In this document: in pieces, positions 25,701 to 32,442 of the stretch
Numbering within the stretch: the first letter of the stretch is position 1
Layout of the letters: each line of letters begins with the position of its first letter
Virus record (IMG/VR): IMGVR_UViG_3300043788_000023
Coordinates: 64,001-128,000 of that record
DNA length: 64,000 bases
DNA from: a virus
Strand: one strand, 5' to 3'
Position numbers and translations under genes: made by a program
Notes under the pieces: generated by a model
Seen by the model: the letters and a program-made list of their open reading frames with translations, nothing else
Database searches by the model: none
What the model was told of the DNA's origin: nothing

Positions 25701-28602
25701 CTTTCGGTTCTCCGCTGACAGGGTCGTAGCGATTCCGCCACCAAGCATCGTACTGTTCCTGATAGGCGTCGTGTGCCTTTTGCCACTCTTGATATTGTGG
25801 TGTTTGCTGAAATGCCTTCCGTTTGTCTTCCCACTCGGCGTGGTCTTTTTGGAACTGGTCGTACTGTATCTGCCATTGGGCGAGTTCCTTGTTGTACTCA
25901 GCGATGGATTCGTCCCACTTAGTGTTATGCTCAACTTCCTTCTGCGACTCCTCGCCTAGAATCTTGGCGACGGTCTCTGGGTTGGAGACATTCTCCGTGA
26001 CCCACTCACGCACGCTCGGTTCCTTCTCAGCGAGTAGACCCAGTGCCCTTGCCAGCGAGGGGTCGGCCAAGAACTTTTCCGACCTGCCGTAGTTGCTTTC
26101 ACCAGTGACGGACTCAAGAATGCACACGTCTGCACGGTTCATGAACTGGTTGGACTCCGGGTGAAGCTGCGCCACGGCGGAACCTGCGTCAAAGAAGATG
26201 TAGAGTGGGCCGTCCTTCAAGTAGTGCGAAGCCATGCTGTTGCCGGGCGCTGCGGTACACCAGTTGGTGCCACCGCCAAGTTCAATAGCTGCGGCAGGTT
26301 CGGTGACCTTGTAGATGGTAACGTCGCCGTTCTTCACTACGATTTCCGCACCTTGGCGTACCTTTTCACGCTTCTCTTCCTTCTTACTGCCCATGCCCGC
26401 GGCCGTAGCTTGCTCAAGCGTTTCAAACAGCTTCACGGTGTCGTACTGCTGAATGTCCTTGTTGAACGTGAAGGCTGGGGACTTCTTGAATTTCTGGAAC
26501 ATCCCAAGCTGTTCCTTCATCTTTTCCGTGTCTTCTGGTAGCCTGATCTGACCTTTCGCAAGCTGCTTCGCAATCCACGCAGTGTAGTCGGTCTGGTTCG
26601 GGCTTGGGTCTGCTGCAATGCAAAGCTCAATCTGCTCGGGCGTGAGCTTAAACTGCTTCTGGAGAAGCTCTATCTTCTGGTCGGACGGGCGGGCGGACTT
26701 GGCGAACCAGCCGGAGTCCTCGCTGCTGCCGATCTTTTCCATGGCGACGTGCAGGTCGTTGCCGTCCACCTCGGAAGCCCACAGGCGTGCTTGGCGCTCA
26801 AACACGGCGTCTTCCTCGTCCATGATCGCCACGAGCCTGGCGTCCTCGGCGTCGTAATCGTAGTCGTCCAACTCCTCGTCCTCAAACGACTGCGTGTTCT
26901 CCTGCTCTTCCATGGAGGGTTTGCGAGTTGAGGGCTGCAACCCAATTGAGTACTCTGCGTCAGGAAGGTCATGCCCGCGAGGCATCCCCGGACGATAGTG
27001 CAGCGGCGGGTCTTTGAGGTAGACTTCGGTATCTTCGTACACAGCCCCGGTCATGTTCATCCCAAGTTCGGCAGGGTCTTGCATTTCTTCCGGCTCGTCG
27101 GACGCGCCTGCGTCGGGGTTGTCGGTGCCGCCGATTGGCGTGCCCATGCCGTAGCTCTTGGTCGGGACGTCCGCCAGCTTGACTCCCTTGCCTTGGGTGA
27201 CGGACTTGACCATCTCCGAATTGAGCACGAAGGAGTTCCCGATCTGCTCCGGCTTGACAGAGCCGATAGCTTTCAGCCACTTCCCCTTGTTCGCTGCCTG
27301 CGAAATCGGGTCCGACGTGTCACGCTTCCACTTCTCTGCACCGGGTGTGAAGCTGATGATGGAAATCTTCCCCGTGCCCATACCTTTGTTAAATTCCCAG
27401 TCCATCTTGGCAGCCCAGCGCACCGCATCCTCTGCGTTGTCCATGGCGAATATCTCGCCCTCACCGTAGCGTTCGCCGTCGTCACCCTTAACCCAGTTTG
27501 AGGTCTGGAGCGGGAGGATGCCCTTCGCCTTGATGCTCGGGACTTTGTCAGTGGGTGTGATGTGGTACAGCGTCTTGGCTGCCTTCTTGTCCAAGTTTGC
27601 GAGCGGAATGAAGTTCGCATGTTTGGTGTTATCGGAGTTGAACAGGACGTCGCCGTGCAGTTCGTTCTCATAGCAGCAGGCATCAGGGATGACGTGCATT
27701 CCGAAGAACTGGCACCACGAGTCACGTCCGTCTGAGTCCGGCTTCTCCGCCGCACCACCGTACTCGCAGCGCTTGCAGCCGAAACCCTGATCGTTGCGTT
27801 CTGCGTATCCCGCCGTCTTCTTGTCGTACTTGCGCTCAAGCTCTACAGGTGCCTTGCCGTCAGCGATCTTCCAGTAGCGGCACGTGCCGTGTTCTTTGCT
27901 GACCTCGCCCTCAACGAAGGCGCACAGCTTGTTGCCCAACATGTAGTGACAGCCCTTGCAGAGGTAGTCACCTTTGGGGTCAAACATGGAGCCGTGCTCG
28001 TAGTACTGCGCGGTCTCCTTCGCCACGTTGCGGATGCGGGTTTCCTTGTCCTCGTCGTATTCGCCCGTGTCCTCAACCCGGTGCCCGGCTGTTTTTGCCG
28101 AGGCTTGCATCGGCGCTTCCTTGAAGAACTCGTGATCCGCCTTGTCTTCCTCAATCGGTTCAATGGAGCGAGCTTCCTTCTCCCAGTCGCCCAGTACGTC
28201 TTCCAACGGCTTGACGCCGAGACCGACTAGCGTGGCTTGCGCCTCAACTTGGGAAGCGTCCCAATCCGGGTGAGCCTTGGCGATCTCCACGCAGCGGATG
28301 CCGTGCGCCCGGCTCTTGGTGTTGCGGTGGATGTTAACGCCGACCTTCGGCTGAGACTCCTTGAAGAACTCGGCATCGTCTGGGCTGGACGGCGGTGCGA
28401 GGTCTTTCGGGGGGATGATGGCTGGGGAGCCGGAGAACCCTTCCCCGTTGAGGCTCTCATCAAACTCGGTACCCTTGGCTTCCGGGGTGGACTCGCCCCT
28501 GCGGTGAGCGCCCAGAGAGTCGTAGTCGTCCGTGGTCATAGACTCCAGCAGGGCGTCCATGGCGCGTTTCTTCAGAAGTGGGGATTTGGGGTCGCGGCTC
28601 AT
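22744..28602 (-). CDS. giant multidomain putative head polyprotein (1952 aa): tandem HiPIP-like, ART/KptA-like, WCT-motif and helical-repeat segments
   Basis: Directly upstream of protease; recognisable motifs separated by K-x-A linkers. Confidence 0.7.
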   Translation of the reverse strand: MSRDPKSPLLKKRAMDALLESMTTDDYDSLGAHRRGESTPEAKGTEFDESLNGEGFSGSPAIIPPKDLAPPSSPDDAEFFKESQPKVGVNIHRNTKSRAHGIRCVEIAKAHPDWDASQVEAQATLVGLGVKPLEDVLGDWEKEARSIEPIEEDKADHEFFKEAPMQASAKTAGHRVEDTGEYDEDKETRIRNVAKETAQYYEHGSMFDPKGDYLCKGCHYMLGNKLCAFVEGEVSKEHGTCRYWKIADGKAPVELERKYDKKTAGYAERNDQGFGCKRCEYGGAAEKPDSDGRDSWCQFFGMHVIPDACCYENELHGDVLFNSDNTKHANFIPLANLDKKAAKTLYHITPTDKVPSIKAKGILPLQTSNWVKGDDGERYGEGEIFAMDNAEDAVRWAAKMDWEFNKGMGTGKISIISFTPGAEKWKRDTSDPISQAANKGKWLKAIGSVKPEQIGNSFVLNSEMVKSVTQGKGVKLADVPTKSYGMGTPIGGTDNPDAGASDEPEEMQDPAELGMNMTGAVYEDTEVYLKDPPLHYRPGMPRGHDLPDAEYSIGLQPSTRKPSMEEQENTQSFEDEELDDYDYDAEDARLVAIMDEEDAVFERQARLWASEVDGNDLHVAMEKIGSSEDSGWFAKSARPSDQKIELLQKQFKLTPEQIELCIAADPSPNQTDYTAWIAKQLAKGQIRLPEDTEKMKEQLGMFQKFKKSPAFTFNKDIQQYDTVKLFETLEQATAAGMGSKKEEKREKVRQGAEIVVKNGDVTIYKVTEPAAAIELGGGTNWCTAAPGNSMASHYLKDGPLYIFFDAGSAVAQLHPESNQFMNRADVCILESVTGESNYGRSEKFLADPSLARALGLLAEKEPSVREWVTENVSNPETVAKILGEESQKEVEHNTKWDESIAEYNKELAQWQIQYDQFQKDHAEWEDKRKAFQQTPQYQEWQKAHDAYQEQYDAWWRNRYDPVSGEPKARPVEPEEPEGPEEPREPSKPWNPAGDRERGYSYRTRYGDPSEYSGKKFKMQVRHALATGKALPPEIEAQLVGAHVNTELLLKYGAVFHPGQPWEPLAQTIFEKVKSRGKVDKNAIDYAAKFIKGPWPEIEPYLLEKLFLQTRNMEQMRMALDYAARGRRTRWPEFEAKLLKAKPGLASGYGCAEYAIRVLKQPWSAIPGLKRKKNGRLNPEECMIVGNPGEARRYSEAFFQGKTWDDFQRSALEANNLVALINYAADTLHTRMPELEEKILSGQKDAQESKGRQRSWTHHTDLPLTYAMKVIKGRWPEYETKILGYSKGEHKERGYHNRDEYKPSTSQRWGGRNRLDDRVANYIKNVIKGRWPEFEQILLARYETNPGQWVDNQNMLDGYLVTINETCQLRYTDNGEETYDKEADERTIKPFTKFKQDQQCYWPEGEQRLISRDPGYEKVLVDELKKRATGADDEGREGWTKGEKYVSIEDLAKMEKVTGDVDYKEREKRPSWTIWNGVWVGWWGMDAVEKYTDYLLANGVTWEEGVDIMEVHEDLEDVRGRYSYSGGRPERRQKQEAAPPPSGNYVEDPSQPGVYRQSSLLKKKALIEMAPSPSMLPPRDDIKNHIDKQEQDLLTKDIMQGVKEPLNPKKKTRRPQISPLVNPNGVTASKTAGMTEEEMLALQPGDVVLYDDGRPGHRSKGEVLEFIAPRLLQVKFEDRAQSTTIAVNKPEWTNYLTKVSSNKTAEYSQQDWEQDEQSQYFLEQVEEAEDEAKRFFMQEAYIQQLAEENHKTMDEMWNMMGDEYAAEFYGLPYKTVPDYTDQEEPDQGSVAKPKISAESPSGIEMLFADIDAAWGKVERPDDAAIQRVGQYLYKSQRATSLPSGVKLAEKWRESRWPNYHPDDKGFLESVGIKASTEKSEVRIRFRGKEEVLPTYKPEEIMKAVRHAENLSMANPGFPVVFILDEAGVVSEDTYINGNWVGPTVEKFAFRATR

Positions 28603-28672
28603 TCTATAGAAAGAGCGGGAAAGCTCAAAAAAGGTGGTAATATAAGACGTTGAAAACGCAGGGGATCACGAC

Positions 28673-28702
28673 TGGACATTTTTGGGGCCTTGGCTGTATA
28701 CT
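28673..28702 (+). promoter_or_regulatory. sigma70-type promoter TGGACA-N18-TATACT
   Basis: Matches 197-226; precedes plus-strand island. Confidence 0.7.
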
Positions 28703-28813
28703 ACGAGTGGAAGAACTACTCAAAGGCTGGACAGGAGACTGATTCGGAGAGGGCATCGCTTAGGTGCCTTGTCCAATCAGTCTCCGCCAGCAAAAATTTA
28801 GGAGAATAACACA

Positions 28814-28966
28814 ATGTGCGAGATCGGAAAACCACTGGAGATTCTGAACGTGGAACCGCTGAACCTTCCAGCGCCCCTGCGCCGGGAACAGGAACAGCCG
28901 CAAGAACAGCCAGTGACCATTGAAGTCCCGGTCACGGCGGAAGCCATTCTCGTAGAGCAAGTCTAG
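28814..28966 (+). CDS. small Pro/Glu-rich peptide (50 aa, MCEIGKPLEILNVEP...)
   Basis: Not in ORF track; AGGAG RBS, TAG stop overlaps GTG of next gene. Confidence 0.65.
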   Translation: MCEIGKPLEILNVEPLNLPAPLRREQEQPQEQPVTIEVPVTAEAILVEQV

Positions 28967-29826
28967 TGGCACGGCGGCGAGCCAATCACGGCTCTTTGCC
29001 ACACGCCCACTACGGCGTGGACTTGAGCAAGGTGCCCGACACGTACATTGAGCCGTTCATCGCCTATCGGGCGTGGAACTGGACGACCGAAGGCATCACG
29101 TCCCTCAATGGTGCGCTGTGGACTCCCAAGGAAGCATTTGAGGCACAGTGCAACTACCGCAACGACTGGAAAAGTGCGATGGCTGCGTGCGTCAGTGAAC
29201 AGGCTCGGGCGTTTTTCCAAACCAAAGAACACTTCTGCCCTGACTCCAACTGCACCTGCGGAATGTACGCCGGAATCAACATGCAGCACTTGATTGACAT
29301 CGGCTACATCCAGCGTGGTATCCACGGCGAAGTCAGCCTGTGGGGGCGCTTGGAGCGCAACACCCTCGGCTGGCGTGCGCAGTTTGCCTACCCTAAATTC
29401 TTCGTCGTCCCCGTGAACATGGTTCCCCTTGATATGACGGAAGCGAAATGCCGTCTTGATTCGCTGACCGAATTCGGCGTTGACATCTATCTCCAGCCGG
29501 ACACGGAAGTCACGCTCAAGAGCGAGAAGATTCCGCTGTGGATACCCGACTACGGTTACACCACGCAGGGCTTGTCATGGCTGGTAGAGAAGCGTGCGAA
29601 GTGGTACGCCGAGAAAGCCGCCCCGGTTCTCAAGGTGGGCGACCGTGTTGCGGTGTACGGCTCCACGAATGGCATTGGCATCGTGAAAGAGATCGTCGGC
29701 GACGACATGCTTTACACGATGTTCGCCCCCGACAAGATTTACCGCAAACCTGTGAAATCCGTCAAATTTGACAAACAAAACTGGCGCTGGGAGACAACCG
29801 GAGTCGGCTCGGTGCGTGGAGTCTAA
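28966..29826 (+). CDS. conserved-type hypothetical protein (YRAW...H.CP...CTCGMYA...G.V.LWG...GWRA) with C-terminal SH3-like region
   Basis: Cys/His cluster; C-terminal LKVGDRV...GIGIVKEI. Confidence 0.6.
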   Translation: MARRRANHGSLPHAHYGVDLSKVPDTYIEPFIAYRAWNWTTEGITSLNGALWTPKEAFEAQCNYRNDWKSAMAACVSEQARAFFQTKEHFCPDSNCTCGMYAGINMQHLIDIGYIQRGIHGEVSLWGRLERNTLGWRAQFAYPKFFVVPVNMVPLDMTEAKCRLDSLTEFGVDIYLQPDTEVTLKSEKIPLWIPDYGYTTQGLSWLVEKRAKWYAEKAAPVLKVGDRVAVYGSTNGIGIVKEIVGDDMLYTMFAPDKIYRKPVKSVKFDKQNWRWETTGVGSVRGV

Positions 29827-29827
29827 C

Positions 29828-30031
29828 GTGAATAGCAGAGAATCAGCGTCCCTTGACCGCTACATCACCGGGAACTACGGAGAGGATCAGTTCCAAGGCG
29901 AAGCAGAATTTGAAGCCGAACTGGATCGCCTCTTGAACCTCCGAGACACGGCGATCAAGTCAAACGCCGGAGTTGAAGAGGCTGAGACGCTTCTCACCAA
30001 GCATTGCCCGGAGTGGCGGGAATATGTCTAA
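29828..30031 (+). CDS. hypothetical protein
   Basis: GTG start with GGAG; coupled chain. Confidence 0.5.
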   Translation: MNSRESASLDRYITGNYGEDQFQGEAEFEAELDRLLNLRDTAIKSNAGVEEAETLLTKHCPEWREYV

Positions 30032-30356
30032 TGACGAGACGCAAAAACTCGTAGACTCCGTGATGGGGAACCTCAAGACTCTGTTGCAAGAGATGTCGGA
30101 CTCGGCGCAATCGCTGCACAAGCAGTGGGTAGAACGTGCCAGAGAACTCCAAAATTATCGCACCGGGTACGGCGGGCAGATGTACGAAGAGACCGAGTCT
30201 GAGGCACGGGCGCATGCGCAGAAACAACGTGAATGCGACGAACTTTACGATAGGGCGAAGACCATTGAAGAGTGCATGAACCTCGTGGCTCGCCGGGTGA
30301 ACAACATCATCGGGGAGAACATCGTGATTCAGTTTTCCAAATGGAACATGCGATGA
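30024..30356 (+). CDS. hypothetical coiled-coil protein (MSNDETQK...)
   Basis: Overlapping coupled chain. Confidence 0.55.
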   Translation: MSNDETQKLVDSVMGNLKTLLQEMSDSAQSLHKQWVERARELQNYRTGYGGQMYEETESEARAHAQKQRECDELYDRAKTIEECMNLVARRVNNIIGENIVIQFSKWNMR

Positions 30357-30532
30357 CAGGCTGTAAGTGGTGCGATGGCGGATACTACCCGGCTGTGAAT
30401 GTGAACGGCGTGGTTATCCACCGTACACCGCCGACCGTGGTTGTTGCACGCATCGTAGACGAGAAGATCGTGCCCATTGAGTCAATCTACAGGAGCGGTA
30501 TTGAACTATGTCAGGCAACACAGGCAAAATGA
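30353..30532 (+). CDS. small hypothetical protein (MTGCKWCDGG...)
   Basis: ATGA overlaps at both ends. Confidence 0.45.
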   Translation: MTGCKWCDGGYYPAVNVNGVVIHRTPPTVVVARIVDEKIVPIESIYRSGIELCQATQAK

Positions 30533-30699
30533 CAGCAGAGGCGCTCGCCGTTCGGGGGCCGAGGATGGCTCTCGCCCGGCTCACGAATGGGAAGCTCCAG
30601 ATTTTTGACAGCGAGTACCGTGTGCCAGCCGGAGCCAGCATCATCGCAAGGTCGTACACTTGGAGCTACCTGAAGAGGATTGAAAAATTTCAAGGGTGA
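30529..30699 (+). CDS. small hypothetical protein
   Basis: ATGA overlap. Confidence 0.45.
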   Translation: MTAEALAVRGPRMALARLTNGKLQIFDSEYRVPAGASIIARSYTWSYLKRIEKFQG

Positions 30700-31187
30700 C
30701 ACGGATTTTGCCAGTCAAAACCGTCCCGCAGCTTGATGATCTGCTTAGTATCCCATCGGTACACAAACAATCCCTGTTCGTTGAAAGTGTAGATGTCAAT
30801 CTTGGCGTCGTCTGCGACCTTGGTGTCCCCGTGGTTAGGGTCGCCGAGGATATTATTTTCTGGCGTAGAGGGAGCGCCTCCCGTGCCCTTCGGATGGACA
30901 TGGAACGCGGCCGGTGTGAGGATGGTGATCACCGTGGTCAAGCTCCCCTGCTCGTTCGTGTGTTCATGAGGGACGACCATGAGGTCTTTCGTGCCTACGT
31001 CTATGCGGAAACCCGCCTCGGCCCCGCTTGTGCCATCTCCCGTCTCTATCCAAGCGTCTACCATCGCCTTGATCACATCCGGGCGGCACGCCAACGTGTC
31101 GGCAACGGGCGTCGGCGGGACAGGTGCCCGCACCGGGCGGCACGACATAAGCAAGAGGAACGGAACGACCAGTAGTAGTTTTCTCAT
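30690..31187 (-). CDS. lipoprotein with JAB/MPN-like metal-binding motif
   Basis: MRKLLLVVPFLLLMSC lipobox; E(AG)...HVHP...PS...D. Confidence 0.55.
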   Translation of the reverse strand: MRKLLLVVPFLLLMSCRPVRAPVPPTPVADTLACRPDVIKAMVDAWIETGDGTSGAEAGFRIDVGTKDLMVVPHEHTNEQGSLTTVITILTPAAFHVHPKGTGGAPSTPENNILGDPNHGDTKVADDAKIDIYTFNEQGLFVYRWDTKQIIKLRDGFDWQNPCHP

Positions 31188-31191
31188 ATCC

Positions 31192-31228
31192 AAAAAAGAA
31201 AAAGCCCCGATAAACAGCGTCGGGGCTT
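31192..31228 (-). terminator. Rho-independent terminator after tail tube gene
   Basis: AAGCCCCGA/TCGGGGCTT stem plus T-tract. Confidence 0.8.
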
Positions 31229-31251
31229 CAACTTGAATTTCAGTCCGACGA

Positions 31252-31932
31252 TTACGAGCCGGAGTAAAGGAGCGACTGTCCTGTCCTGTCTGCGGGACCC
31301 ATACCAGCGTCCAAGAACTCGCCGTAGACCGAACCAGAGACGTCAAAAATGTCCGTGACAGTGATGGTGCAATCTTCTGCGACGGCTGCCGTGTCCACGG
31401 TGTATCCCGTGTTGTACGACTCCATCCAGCACCCTTCGTAAACCGTTGCGACGCAGAACACGCCGGGGTTGCCTGTGTTGTTCAAGCCACCCTCTGCGGG
31501 TACGTCAGCCACCGTTGCATTGCCCACGTCGCCCGAGTTGAACGATGCAAGCTCCGAGAAGACGACCTCGGTCTTGATGTCAAACGGCCAGCGGTGGTGC
31601 TTCAGCGAGCGAACAGCGCCGCTTGTGCCAGCCTTGTAACCGAGAACCTGCATGAGGTTCGCGAGGTACAGGCAAGTACGAGTGATGCTGATGCTCAGCG
31701 GGGTGGTGACGCCGGGCACGAGTTCAGCTACCTGATCGCCGTAGCCGAGACCGCGTACCGGGTCAATGGTCTTGGATTCCGTGTACGTAAAGCTGGAGGT
31801 CACGCCCAGTTTCACGAAAGCGCCGACGTCAACGAGGTCCGTGAAAATCTTGAACCTGGTGGACAGGACGGTCTCCGTGTTCGGGGTCGTTCCCTGCCTA
31901 TAGATGTAGGCTCCTTGCGTTGCCTGTGCCAT
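31252..31932 (-). CDS. tail tube protein
   Basis: Downstream of sheath; VRG.G.GD...ELVPG, PFDI, YEGCW..SY...AED..I.V pattern of myovirus tubes. Confidence 0.8.
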   Translation of the reverse strand: MAQATQGAYIYRQGTTPNTETVLSTRFKIFTDLVDVGAFVKLGVTSSFTYTESKTIDPVRGLGYGDQVAELVPGVTTPLSISITRTCLYLANLMQVLGYKAGTSGAVRSLKHHRWPFDIKTEVVFSELASFNSGDVGNATVADVPAEGGLNNTGNPGVFCVATVYEGCWMESYNTGYTVDTAAVAEDCTITVTDIFDVSGSVYGEFLDAGMGPADRTGQSLLYSGS

Positions 31933-31975
31933 AGTGTTTCCTCAATTAGGCACCCCAAAGTCGGGTGACCAAAAA

Positions 31976-32419
31976 TTACTTAAACTGGAACTCTGACTTG
32001 CGAGGCGTGACCGTGACAACCACTGCCGGGATCGCCGAGTTCCCCATCCGTTGCCAAGCAGCCATCCTGTGATGACCATCCAGCACCGAGTAGACGCCGT
32101 CTTGCTTCATCAGCCAGACAGCTTCAAACTTCTTCGTGGAGCGAATACTGGCTATCAGTTCGCTCACTTCCTTGTCAAACAATGGCGTATCCCACCGCCA
32201 CTTTCCCCCGTCATTCGGGTTCCTCTGGATGTTCGCGATTGAGACCTCTTCGCGCCCTACTTCCAGACCCACCTTGAACGACAAGTACAAGGCTCGCAGG
32301 TCGTACCACGCCTGCGATTGTCTTGGCGTACGATCCCCAAAAGGATCGGCATACGCCACTTCAATTGCTCCGGGGATAGCCACAATTTCCATTTGCTTCA
32401 GTCCGTCGAAGCCCGGCAT
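31976..32419 (-). CDS. ParB/sulfiredoxin-like N-terminal domain protein
   Basis: LIASI...VLDGHHRMAAW...IPAVV. Confidence 0.75.
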   Translation of the reverse strand: MPGFDGLKQMEIVAIPGAIEVAYADPFGDRTPRQSQAWYDLRALYLSFKVGLEVGREEVSIANIQRNPNDGGKWRWDTPLFDKEVSELIASIRSTKKFEAVWLMKQDGVYSVLDGHHRMAAWQRMGNSAIPAVVVTVTPRKSEFQFK

Positions 32420-32442
32420 TTGATGCCATTCCCCGAACTCTT

